A stretch of DNA of 64,000 nucleotides from Raillietiella orientalis (lineage: Eukaryota), in NCBI GenBank assembly GCA_036172245.1, contig JAYWIR010000001.1, positions 4,712,001 through 4,776,000 of the forward strand, given 5' to 3'. Numbering within the stretch: position 1 is the stretch's first letter; each line of letters starts with the position of its first letter. Shown piece after piece: positions 25,166 through 37,219 of this stretch. The notes below the pieces were generated by a model. That model was not told the DNA's origin, ran no database searches, and was given only the letters and a program-made list of their open reading frames with translations. Position numbers and translations under genes: made by a program.

Positions 25166-25775
25166 TAAGGTGGGTGATCAAAAAGTTCCCATTTGAATTT
25201 CCGAGTTGTCTGGACAGCAATGTGTTGCCAAGGCGCGCGTTCTCGTGAAGGAGAAGAACAATTCCTGATCTCAGCATTTCAAGTCGTCGGTCCTGAATGG
25301 CACTCCACAGTTTCGAAAGTGTTTCCACACAGTAGACTTGCGAAGTGGTGGTTGTCCAGGCTCCATAAAGTCCACCAAACGCTCACCCCTTGAGTCCCAC
25401 ACACTGCTGTTCGCACACTCCAGGCAATTCAGAAATTCAAATGGGTACCTTTTGATCAAGAGTCCTGACATCGTTTCCAGTGACCACCACGTCTTCCTGC
25501 ACCTCAAGAAGTGATTCGACGATTCGAGGGGCAAAGGGAGGAATGGAAAACTTCAGTGCTGTTGAACTGGCTGAGCCCCAGGAGGCAAAATTTGATGCAG
25601 AGGGGTCCAAAAAGTTTCTTCCACGGTACCAAAAGTGTATGAAAAGGAATGGTGACCACGTAGAAAAGTGACAGGGGGATGCACGTGTTTCGAACCACCA
25701 ACACGTATTCGTTTCTCTTACTCGTTCTTTCTTTCTACTACCCGATCGGCTCTTACTTTTGAAATGAGCCTCGTA
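25166..25775 (+). mobile_element. Internally deleted mariner (Tc1/mariner, DD34D-type) element
   Basis: TA-flanked mariner-like ends: TA-AGGTGGGTGATCAAAAAGT on the left and, as reverse complement, TA-CGAGGCTCATTTCAAAAGTAAG on the right (degenerate match); transposase C-terminus inside. Confidence 0.75.
25397..25671 (+). pseudogene. Mariner transposase C-terminal fragment (frameshifted)
   Basis: PHTAVRTLQAIQKFKW, SPDIVSSDHHVFLHLKK (cf. YSPDLAPSDYHLF) and KFLPRYQKCMKRNGDHVEK* (cf. KLxxRWxKCxxxxGDYVEK*). Confidence 0.9.
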
Positions 25776-26439
25776 CTTACAGATCCCGGCGCTGTGAGAT
25801 CGTAATTGCATCTTGGAAAGAAAGAGAGTGTAAGATGTGATTTCAATCGCTCTTACCATAAGCATCGCGTGATACGACAAGTGTTTCAGGAAGACAGCAA
25901 GAAACACATTTCAGTCGGTAGGAAGTGGGACAAGTTGATTGAGAATCGAAGGTTTGAATTTTTCTGGAAACCCAGGAAGGAGCTTCGACGGAGATTTTTT
26001 TTTAATTGGTAATATGCTGGACTTAGTTTGAAGGGTACTTCTTGTTTTCAGTAAGAGGAAGCGATTCTTCGGAGGCCTTTAAGCTGGGACACAAACTCAT
26101 GTAAGGGATCTGGCCTTCCTAGCTCTCCGAAACATTGGCACGAGGTGTTGCCTGCCACTTCGCCCTGTAGATATGTGTTTCATAATGTGTTATTCCAAAT
26201 GCTAAACCAAACACTGCAAGGTGATCTTTGGTCACGAGCGCGAGGACTGTGATAGTGATTGTGGATAGATACGTGGATGGGGTTAATGTGAACATGGGTT
26301 TCCGACTTTGCTAAGCGAAATCTCCGAGTGCACATGTTAATTTCTCAAGAGAGAAAAATCGAACCGAGTTGTCTTTGGAAAAAAAAAAGAAAAGAAAAGA
26401 AAAAAAAAAATGTTTCTGGTTGGCAGCACTCCGATAAAA

Positions 26440-27200
26440 GGAAAATGGTAGCACTGCTGTAGAGTTCAAGGGAAAATTGGATCTGCTTTTAGAGATTGCC
26501 GGCCATGCAAAACAAAAGTGTAATCTTGTCCTGAAGAAATCTGCTCCTCTGGTCGCTGGAAAATCGTTTGCAGTTCTTGATCAATAAAATTACCTTCCAG
26601 CGCTGTAAATCAATCTCCGTCCTTGCGTCTTTCCCTGCTGCGATGAGCACAGCATCGGTGCCTTAAAATTATCTCGTGTTGTCGTTACATCAGTCCAGGG
26701 TTTATGGTGCACATCTCTCTCTGCCTTGCATGTGCACTGCTAACTGTTCTCCGTTTCCATGCACTCACTTCAAGCAGCAGCCTCCTGCAGAGCAATTACA
26801 CTACTGTTTATGCACCAGCAGATGGATCGTGTGCATAACTTCATAATGTATTTTGAAGCATCTCATTCATGTCTTAAGAATCGAGCTTTTGAGACGGTAA
26901 TGACCGGGTCATTCTCAATTTGAGATGGAGCCACGCACTAAGACTGTCTGCAATGCTTCGGGCCTGTCGTCTGAACCATGGTGGTCTGCTTTCTTTTCCT
27001 TTCCAAAGGAGCAGTGCAAGACCGTACCTGCGACTGAATCAGTCTGCTCTTCACGGTACTCGAAAATAAGACCAAGTTAATTTCCTTGGTGGAAAGATCC
27101 CTCCCATTTTTGATTCTGTACCAGGGTGATGCCTTCCGGTGATGAAGGGTTATGGATTATGAGCAGCAATGACTCCTGAAGTTTGCACCCTCCTTTCGGA
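26440..27200 (-). mobile_element. Degenerate LINE RT fragment
   Basis: Minus-strand FIDQE (LD.EKAFD-like), D.T.VL and LELYSSA remnants in RT order. Confidence 0.4.
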
Positions 27201-28199
27201 GACAACGAACTTGTTAGTCACGGGGTGTTAGTTTAAGTCTTTCCACACACGGAAGAGAGCGTCACCATCATTGAAAACAAACAAGCGGTGAGACCTACGC
27301 CTGTCCTTGAAAACGACTGCATTCTGTATCCTGTACGAGCAGTGACCGCTGCCTCTGGTGTGCTTATTTTACGACACCAGTGTTGATCACGCCGTGCAAA
27401 GTAAGACCCGGCAATAAACTCGCGATCCACTCAGCATCCTTAGAAGGCAAGAAAAGAAAGGAATAGGTGTGGGTGCTTTGCCGTAAAGGCGCTGCAGACT
27501 CGAGCTTTCCTAAAAACGCGTTCCCCTTGGCGCTAATGAGAAGAAAGATGCGGGAGATTGCAGGACTGATTCGTCTGCCTCTTCCACCTGGCGTTAAAAA
27601 TCACATCACATCAAATTTGCTCCCTACATTGGAGCTTTACGGCCGCTGTTTTTTTTTTTCTTTTTTGCTTTGTTTTTCTTCTCTCCTGAGGGGGGTCGCC
27701 GCGTAGCTTTTTCTCGAAGGACCGTTAGAAAGTTCAAGTTCGCGTGCTGAAAAAGAGGGGAGAGAAAGATATTCTATTTATTCATGATGCAAGCTTGATG
27801 ATGGCTCGTTTCCATAGCGGCGTTCCTAGAATTCCCACAGCAGTGATGATATGTTTCCGTGAAAGTTTTCGCGGAGCACGGAGAAGAGAGCGTTAAGTGC
27901 CACACGCAGCCTTGAATTTCGGAAACTAAATGGATCGTGATAGCTGCTGGTCAGATGGAGAGAGGCGAATCGTTTCTAAGTTAAGAAAGCTGGCTGTGGC
28001 TTCCTTCCTCGTGAAAGAGAGAGAGATTATTTTTAAATTTCTGAAACCGATAAACAGGAACGCTCGTTTTCGGCAAGGACATTAAAAAAAAAAAAAAAAG
28101 GCGAGCTGCTCTTTCGATCCAATAATGACCATCGCGTTTGTAGAATGCGACCCATTTTCCATTCATTTCCGAAGTTGAGCCGCTAGAGATCTTTCATGA

Positions 28200-29700
28200 A
28201 AGTTACACTTTCCCTTTCCGTGGGCCTCTCCGCGCTGGATTTATCGCTTCGCGAAAGTTCCGTTTTGGGTGATTTGATTGGACGAAGAAATCGTTCGCTC
28301 AGACAGACCCATTCCAGGCAATTCGGAGGTGAAAAATGGCTGCGAGAAGGGGGAGTCAGATCGAGCAGATGCCCTCCCATGCTTCCCCTCCCCCCATGTG
28401 TCCCCTCGGACCCCTGGACCTCTTCGCCGAAACTCCGACTCCCAGAACGGTCAGAAAGCGATGCGTTTTCGATGCGCAGCCTCTTCACACTCAGGGGGTT
28501 TCCGCAGAACTTCCGGGTCCCTTACTAAAGTGGGCGACGATCCAGCCTGCCAGAGGGAAGCAAGGAGCCTCCCGTCGTCGAAGAGCTCGAGCAAAGTCTG
28601 TCCATCTCGTCCACCGCGACCTCCTTCCTGTCTTTGGTTGAACTCGTGTGATCGTCACTCCCTTCTAGACTGCATTTCTGTAAATTCTGCAACTGATTTA
28701 TCGCCGTGAACAGCGCGCTTCTTGGGCTCTTGCTCTACCATCAGTGCATCTTGTCCTACTGCTCTGCCTTCCATCCTACGAGCGCCAGATCCTCCAGCTG
28801 CCTTGGGCCATTGCATTGTTCTCCTATGCGCTGCAGTGTACGGCGGAGTCCAGCACGCTTCGTTGTACACTGGATTGCTCTGCGCGTTCGGCCCTCCGCT
28901 CGGTGACGTCGCAGTCGTTTCCTGGTTTCCACGTCGCCCGCCCTTCCACGTTTCGCCGTTAGGGGCGCTGTGTGGATCCGGAGCGGCTCTTTCACTTCCC
29001 CGAAAGTTGCCTGCGACGGCAGCCCACCTCCTCTTTTCCTTCTTTTTTCTTTTTTGCTTGTTTTTCCTTCTTTTGTTTCGAAACAGGACGAGGTCCAAGC
29101 CTCGACAGCAGCCGCCTCTGGTCTTGGATTCCTTCCGCCGGTCTCGCGCATCCCCGCGTCGCGAGCCAAGCCAGTTTGCTCTCCTCTCCTCCCTCTCTCT
29201 CGCCTTTTGTGGGACGGACGATCACGTGGTCTGCCGTTCCCAAGGTTACCCCATTCGTCCGTCGCACGCTTTCCGTAGTTCCGCGCCGGAAAGGACGCTC
29301 GGGGAACTTGCGCCTAGTGCCTTCCCCTGAAAGGCTGGGAGCGGAGGTCCACGTCCAGATTGCGTCCGTCTTCCCGCGGCGTATGCGCGCGTGCCCTCCT
29401 GCGTGAAATGCAAACGAAACGATACGGTCATGTACTTGCCGTACAGCGTACCGTCCCTCGCTCCGGCGAGGGTCCCCACAGAGGACCCTGGCTGCCAATG
29501 CTCTCTCCCCTCCTCAACTCCCCACTCCTCAAAAGATTCGGGTAGAATTTGTCAACGCCCCGTCGGACTTCTTCGCTAATCCGCTGACCATTTTTCATCC
29601 CGCGTCCGCTTTTCCTCGAGAGGTGGTGCTGCCCCCGTTCGGGAAGGGAAAGTGGCAAGCGAGGTGAGGGAGGCGAGCGTGCGGCGACTCCTGCGAGGGG
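28200..29700 (-). mobile_element. Degenerate LINE ORF1 plus APE endonuclease
   Basis: EGRAVGQD (GR.+.+D) and GDTWGEGKHGRASARSD (YTW...SRLD) APE motifs; upstream IVSFAFHAGGH is ORF1-like. Confidence 0.55.
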
Positions 29701-30279
29701 AGTTTTCTGGAAGAAAACGCCCTCCTGCGCGAGCGCGCCCGAAGTCGAGCGGCTGGCAGCAGCGTCCAGTGCCTCCGTCTGGCATCACTGGGTCTGGTCA
29801 CGTCCCTCCTCGGGACACGAACGACTCTCCTCGACTGCTTGGTGATCCTTCCCTCCTTTCCGCCTTTTCGTGGCGGTTGCGAGAGACGCGAAGAGGAAGG
29901 AAGCATCCTGGTACCGAAAACCCCTTTCTTCTCCACCTCGTCTTCCCTCTGTTGCTCGCCCGAGGTGCGAGGTCGCTCTCCTCCCGTTCACCCGCGTTCC
30001 TCCTTCCTCCTAGTCCCCCAAAATATCATCCGATGCGATTTTCAGCGCGCTCCCCGCTCTTCACGTGCCAATCCTGCGCGCCGGATGCTTCGACGTAGAC
30101 GCCGCCACCGTGCGCTCAGCCCGCCCGTATGCCCGCGGACGAACATTTTCCCAGGGCTTTTCTTTGGGTGTTTCTCCCTTCCGATTTCCGGTGTACCTCA
30201 GGATGACTCTACCCAGAGTCCTCCTTCGCTCTTCCGAAGGATCCTTCCTCCGAGGGAAGGAAAGAAGAACGGGTAAGAA

Positions 30280-31300
30280 GGTTCTTGGGGCTGCGGCTTG
30301 GAGAAGGCGCGTTTCGGCTTCCTCAGCCTCCCTCTGTGGCAGCTCCCCTGAGCTGCCACAGAGGGGGAGGGAACGTTTAGCTGCTTCGCGACGAGGCCGC
30401 TATGAACCGGTCGTTGCAGTTCACTGGGATTCTGGAAGGTATCTGGATGAACGAATGTTCTCGATTCTGAGGAGAGTTCGAGCTGAGGGAATCTTTGAGG
30501 CCTCCGCGGCAGGGGCCATTTCGCAAGGTGGCGCAAGTCTTCAGCGTCTCAGGACGTCTTTGAACTGCCGCCCGCCACATGAGCAGCTTCTTGGAGATCC
30601 TGTTCGTCCTTGTAGGAAGCTTCATTTCCTCGAACCCGGTCGTCCTTTCGGACGCTCAGGGGATACGGAACCAGGGCTGCTGTGTCTTTTCCTGAACAGC
30701 AGCAACACCCGCATCTGAGAGGTTCCTTTGCGGCGTCAGAAGGCGTACGCACGGGTGTAGCTCAGTCACCGGAAGGCATCGAGTCGCCTTCGCAAAGACG
30801 AGAGGAACCGCAGAGATGCGGAAAGCACGCGAAGAGCACACTGTCGGCCTCTCATTCAGCATTCCTTTTCCCGTTGGACCGATTTCGGTCCCGGGGTTCT
30901 GCCACGCATTTGCGGTTACGCTCAGGTGGCTTCAAGGAGACGCCATCGCCTCCGAGAGGGAATCCGCCTAGGCTTTTTTTAGCGCTTGGAGAGACCTGGG
31001 TCACGCTAGCTTCCGGTTTCCTTGAGGAACCGGGAGCTGCAAGATCCAGGGGAGCTCGCACGAGACAGCCGCGTATTGCCGTCGCGCGCTCAAAGCGCGC
31101 AGCTCCCTGGAAGGAACCGCGGAGAGACTGCAAGCGGCAGTTGGTGCCTGGGATAGCTTTGGGTTTTGCAGAGCTCCCTTCCGCATCCGCATGGCCTGCG
31201 CCGCAGATGAACGCGAGCTTGTCTGAGGAGTTGATGAAAGGAACAGCAAGAACATCCTGGATTGCAGGAGGGAGAGGCAATGCAAGTGAGAGGTGCGAGG
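30280..31300 (-). mobile_element. LINE ORF1-like remnant
   Basis: IQIPSRIPVN...FI resembles the Tx1 ORF1 'IPS.+.+.G' segment that precedes the knuckle. Confidence 0.35.
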
Positions 31301-31359
31301 GAGCAGCCTGGAGGTTCCAGGAGTGAAAATGGTTTGGGAAGCACGAGGTGGAACGCAGT

Positions 31360-31770
31360 CCGGGCTGCCAGCAACGCGGATGCGGCTTCCGCGCTGGGCG
31401 CCAAGCGCTGAGGGTTCGAATCCTGCCAGGGGAAGGATCGACGCCGAGAAATGGGTGCGTCGTGGGTTGCGAGCTCAGTGCGCGGGATGGCAATGGTTGG
31501 CCAGCAGGACTCAGGTGCGGCACTGGTGGAAGCCGCAAACTGGATACCTCCATTGACTGGCTGCCGGGATTAGAAGATGACCATCCGGATTCCTTCCAGG
31601 AATCAAGGAGCATTGGTTTCCTTCGGAGAAGGAGAGGATTCGCACCCAAGAGTAAGAGGAAGGGACTCCTCCCTCCGGAGACTTCCTGGATTCATAGGGT
31701 GGTCCCTCCGGGATTGAAAAAAAGATGGGAGTAAAGCAGCAAAAACAGAAGAATCCAAGAGTATTTCTAC
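31360..31770 (+). mobile_element. Long tRNA-SINE family copy with the internal array deleted
   Basis: B-box GGTTCGAATCC at 31413-31423; body joined through a single TTCCTTCGGAGAAG unit to CCAAGAGTAAGAGGAAGG...CTTCCTGGATTCATAGGGTGGTCCCTCC. Confidence 0.85.
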
Positions 31771-31899
31771 CTACTCCAACGACGAGTGGGTCTCGACGAC
31801 GTGTGTTCCAGAGAATAACGCCATCCTGCCTTCCTTCTTCTGCCGTCATTCGCCGAACAGCAGCATGGAGGAGGTGGGTGAGAAAATTCCAGAAGGCCC

Positions 31900-32800
31900 C
31901 CCAAAGGCGTGTAGCTGGGTGGCGGTTTTTTGCACCCCCCTCCTTTCGTTCCCCATCTGGGCAAGGAGGGGCAAATTGGCTTGCGTTCCCTGGGAGATGC
32001 GAACCTCTGGTGCGTCTCCCGTGCTCGGCGGATTCGGGTACCGGTGGAATAGGTGCTGCCGCTCCTCGTGGGAACTTCTTTGCTTCGAGGAGCAGGAGAC
32101 GCTGTCACGCGTCCCCCATTCCACAAGTGACGGGATTCGGAACGGTATTTCTTTCGTCGATCGACCGGGACGCCTCTCGTTCAAGTCTGGAGGAGGCCTT
32201 CGGGGGGTAATCAGTCTGGCAGCTCGCGATCCCTTTGCAAAGCCTCGGCTTCCCCGGCATCTCAGGAATGGGTTTCCCTGCTTGTCAGCGACCCTTTCCA
32301 GCACCGTGACGAATACTTTCGTTTGCATACTTCCTCGGGTTCTCAGAAGTTCCCGCTGTTTCGCCGGGTCCCCAGACGCCTCTGCGACACCCACTGAGAA
32401 TGGGGTAACTCCAGCCCCCTCTCCCGTTCCCCACCTCCTCCACTCTCCTCGCTCTCTCGTCAGGCCTGCTATTTTTCTTAGTCCTGGTTGGCTTCCCGAC
32501 TTGCAGCCCCGCAAGTTGCGCGCAGCCGGCACGTTGGGGTTCGCAGTCCCGAAGTTTCTTGTTTTCTTTTTCCCTCTCAAAGGGTCTCCTCTCGCGTATG
32601 CATCGTCGAAGTGTTTCTCTCTCTCTCTCCGTTTCACGGAGAGTTTCTCTTGCAGGATGGATTGGTCGTGGATCGTCCCAGCGCGCTCTTCAACTCTCGG
32701 AGGGCTTTCGGCATCCTTGAAGGCTCGGGAATCGGAGCGGAGGAACCCCCTGCCGTTCAGAAGAAAAGGCGTTTTGTCACCACTCCAAGCTGATTAACAA
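31900..32800 (-). mobile_element. Tx1/L1-like ORF1 remnant
   Basis: TKVFVTV...FL...KEIPFRIPSLVEWG...YPNPP pattern in ORF 31846..32637. Confidence 0.5.
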
Positions 32801-32879
32801 CCCTATTAACTACCTGGCGTTTGTTTGGTTAGGAGACGCCAGGTAGCGCGCACGGAACACATGACTGTTTGCTCTCACA

Positions 32880-33650
32880 CCGCTGTTGACGTCACCGTTT
32901 CGTCACTTCGGATTCAGCCCGCTGTCCAGGTCCGTTAGTTGTCGCGGAAGATCCTCGTGCTGCAGGAGACACGCTCGGTGAGAACCGGTGGAGAAGAGGA
33001 AGCTGGGATCCGCTTCCGTCTGCCCACGGCAGCAGCCGATGATTCGGGAATGTCTCCTTGGGCTCAGCCACATTAACCGCTGCCCATTGCTGCGACTGAC
33101 TTTGCACCTCGAGAGCTGCAACGTTAGGTCACAGCCCATGAAACCAATTGAATGATCCCTAAGCATCTAGTTTCCGATGAGGAAGAGATCTTTGGAGGGC
33201 TATGCTTATCTCCTGATCCCGAAGGGACTCTCTCCGAGATGCCAGCCAAACATCAGCGAGCAGCACAACTGTCGCGCAGCGAGTTTCCCATGCACGAGTT
33301 CGATCTTCTCCGCCCAACTGCGTCTCCCTAGCAACCAGCTGGAGATGATCCTTCAGAGTGTCAAGGAATCACGCTCCTTGGTTTCGCTCCCGGGCGCCGC
33401 AACAAAAAGGAGCTCCCGTGCCGCTGTCGAACGGGGCGAGAGCTTTTCTCTTCCCTGGCTACCACAGCAACATGCCAAAGATGGGCATTGCTCGAGGCGT
33501 CTTCTCCCGTCGGCATGCTGTTTCCCCACCATGCGGCAGCTCGGTGGAATAGGAAGCCGCACAGCTCGGTGCTCGCTTCAGTGCGCTGGAAACGCGTGCT
33601 CAAAGAGGTGAACCGAGGCGAGAGAAGTCCTCGCTCGAAGATTCTGCTCC
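32880..33650 (-). mobile_element. LINE APE endonuclease remnant
   Basis: LLADVW (~33260) followed by FPNHRLL (SDH-like, ~33040). Confidence 0.5.
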
Positions 33651-34004
33651 ACGTGACGTCGTTCCCTCTCTCTTCCCTGCTGAGGCAAACTCCAACCTCA
33701 AAGGAGAAGCGTCCCGGCCAATGCCTTACTCGCCAGAATCCTCTTGACTACAATCGGCAAGGGAGAATCTGAAAGAGGAGGAGGAAAGGAGGAGGAAGAG
33801 GAGAATTTGCAACAGAAGAAAAAATAGGGTTTGCTGCCTTGGTACGTTCGAAAACACCGCGTGCTCTTGGATTTGCGTTCCTTCTTGAAGGCCCTGCCTG
33901 CTGTTTTCCGGAACGGGAAACCTGCCGCCACTCATCTAGGGATACTCCGGCAGTGTGCTTGGTGAGTTCTGCTTGTTGCCTTTGGGCAAAGGTGCAATCG
34001 CAGG

Positions 34005-34215
34005 ATGACTTTCTGCGGCTTCTGCGTGAGGCACCAAGCGCCGAGAGTTCGAATCCCACCTGGGAAGGATCGGCACAGAGAAATGGGTGCGTCGTGGGTT
34101 TCGAGCTCAATGCTCGGTATGACAATGGTTAGCCAGCAGGACTCGGGTGCGGCACTGGTGGAAGCCGAAAACCGGATGCCTCCGTTGATCGGCCGCCGGG
34201 ATTGAAAGTTCGCAG
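34005..34215 (+). mobile_element. Long tRNA-SINE family, head and 5' body only
   Basis: GGCACCAAGCGCCGAGAGTTCGAATCCC...GAGAAATGGGTGCGTCGTGGGTTTCGAG...GGCACTGGTGGAAGCC. Confidence 0.85.
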
Positions 34216-37200
34216 GGATTACAGGGCGACGGATGATGCTGAGAGCATGGAAAGAAGAGCGGAAGAGATGAGAGCATGTTCGTGATCGGGGATTGCAACT
34301 TCTTCCTTTCTCCCTCTCTCCCAGCTGGTTTATCTATTCTTCCTCACTGTCTGTTGTTCCTCACGAGTTTCGAGACCATGGATATCTGCTCCAGCACCTT
34401 TGCAACAGCTGTATAAATCCGTTGCAGAAATCCTGCGGATCCTCCGGTGCTCTTGTCCAACGACAGCAGGATAACCCTCCATTTGACACATACATCGTAG
34501 GATCGAAATGCCGAAGAAACACAAATGTATACACAAGTATATCAAATTGCCCGCAACTCACGTGACAGCGGTCACACTGCTCAAAACTTTTGGATCATGA
34601 AAGGATAAAATACGAAAAGTAAAGGCGTCAGCAATGAACCGTCGATCTTGCAGGATGCAGGAGGACCATCGAAGAGGTCCTTTGCATGTTCTCTCACGTC
34701 GGCGAGATGCCAGCTCGGTGCGAACTAACCGAGAGGAAACCAAACGGCGAGAATGAATCGGGAAGAAATCACGGGGGTGCCTCATCTACTCTCACGGTCA
34801 GTTCCGCGACCCGACGAATGGGGGTTCCGAAGATCCCTGACGTTGCGTGCGAAAGCACAACGTCAGGGAAGGGGAAAGGGGGTGGGTGGGAGATGAGACC
34901 GGAGCATCGTCACCACTTCTGTCATGACAGCGCGCCACCGAAGATGCTTCCCCGTGCAATCTCCCGCCGGTGACCATGGCACGAGAGGGAGTGGGGCACC
35001 ACCCGCGCCCGCCCGCGATTTTCGGTCGTGCGGACCACGCTGCGCCTTCCTCGCGTAGGCTGAAAAACGCGCGCCTGGCAGATGCTCCTGCGCAGCTTTG
35101 CGATGACACAGAGTGCTGTTTTCGGGTCACGCTTCGCCTCCACCCCCTATCCCTGAAATCAATAAACCAATTACCACTTTGTCAATGAATTAAGGAGTTG
35201 ATGATTAAAACTGATAATTCGAGGATGCTACTGGCTGATACCGATCTTCAGAAGAGTTTGTCACCGAGAGAGCAATCCGTCCGTATTCAGGAAGAGACCC
35301 AAAGTGCACGAAACAAAGCAACAACAGAAAAACACTTTTCCCCGTGTTTTACTGTAGCATGTTGCCTTTCCATTGCTTCTGCCGCCTCCTCCTCCGTGTA
35401 TTGTTAAGGGACTTGGCGCAACAGATGCTACACCCCATTTATCAAATAGGTAAAGCAATTTCTTACAGCTGACTGATAGCTCCTATTATTCAGATGTTCA
35501 TCTGTTTTTCTACCGTAAATGCTAGCAGCACCGTGAGGATTGCTCTGCCGAGTGACTGCAGAAAAAAAAGAAAAAGAAAAAAAAAAGAGAGAGAGGGACA
35601 GCAAAAGAGAGAGAGATTAATGAAGATTTATGGACCGAATATTTTTATAGGCTGCCCAACACAGATTTTAGTATTTCGTGTGTCGTCTAGAGCTTCACAA
35701 AGAAGGTTTTAATTTGCTCTTGACGAAAAAGAGCCCGGTCGATCTCTCTCCCCGGAAGCTGCTCGCCTCTCCGGCACTAGCACAGCTACAAGAGGAGATT
35801 AGAAATCGTGGAGGACACGGGTACCAATTTTTTATTTGTATCCAAGGAGGACCAAGGAGCGAAGATGCTGCTTGTTCGAAAAAAAGGGCGAAAAGAAAAA
35901 AAAACACTTTTGAAGTCAACTGGGAAAGCAGCAAGATTTCTGGTACAGACGAATAACGAAATCTCTGTTGAGGGCGCCTGCTATAAATCATACTTCCAGT
36001 TGAGGAATGCTGCGCGGGAAATTCTCAACCTCCGGGAGACGTCTTCATCGATGATTCTAATGCATGCATGGCGTGTCATCTCGTCTGGCAGTGGTGCTGT
36101 GCGTGTCTCGGCCGGAGTACGCATAAAAGTGGATGCTCTCCCGTGACGTTCAGCCCTGAGCGCGCGGCCTGCTTCCAGGGACGGAACGGCAATGAAACTT
36201 GGTGTGATCCGTCCATGCCAGAGGTCCTTCCCGGAAACTGAAGGGATAAGGCGAAACGGTTTCCGCTCAAAACTGGCAGTTGACACGGGCCGATGAGGCT
36301 GAGACGGGGCAACTCTTCGGTGGCCATGGTGGAGCGCCGAGGGGATCACATGATTTCTGGGCACGAAAGAGAGCATCCGTGCGAAGATGAAAGCTACGGG
36401 GACATCACAAAACGAATGGGAGAGAGAGTGAGCGGTTCTCGCTGCAACCTTGATCGAGCTGCATCCTAAGATCCCGACTCTCGTTACCCCGGCGACCCCT
36501 GGCCAGACAGAGAAAAGACTGTCCCGGACGAGGAACCCGGAGCAATGCAGCTCTGTCATGACGTGTCTCTACCGTTCACTCTCCCCCCCGGAAGCCACGG
36601 AAAGCTGCGCGCCATGGAGATGGAACCACCGGTACGAATGCTCCTCGAGGGGCAGTCTTCATGGGCGCTCGAGAAAGGAAGCAGTCCAAATGGAACACGT
36701 CAGATCGTTCTGAATGCTGAAACCGGACTCGCAGCTGAACAGGCCGATGAAATCTTCAAACAAAGAATCTAAAGGATGGGGAAGTGAAGAACTGTCAGTC
36801 GAAGAGACGAGGAACGAAGACATCGATGGCACTCTGGAAGCAAGAAGAAGGAGGAGGAAGAGGAGGAGAAGAAGAAGAAAATGAAGTTCAAAATATAAAA
36901 ATTGGAATCCCCGCCTCAAAGATGCTCCCATTGCCAGAGGAATCAGCAGGTAAAAGGAACGCCAGCAGCGAGGAAAAGATAAGATCAGAACAGGGGACAC
37001 ACCCGCGCATTAGCAAGTGAAATGAAGCCTTTTGAGTGCATCATGTCGAGTCAGATAGAAATCGGAAGCAGAGTAAGCGACCTGCTCCAAGCGAAATCTT
37101 ATCCAGCAGGGATAAAAGATTATCTCAAACCCCAGTTGACTGGAAACGAGTCGACTGATTCCGAGTCTGGAGCTTCGTGCCACGCTGTCGGAAGGAGAGC

Positions 37201-37219
37201 CGAATTCCTGCCCCATTCA

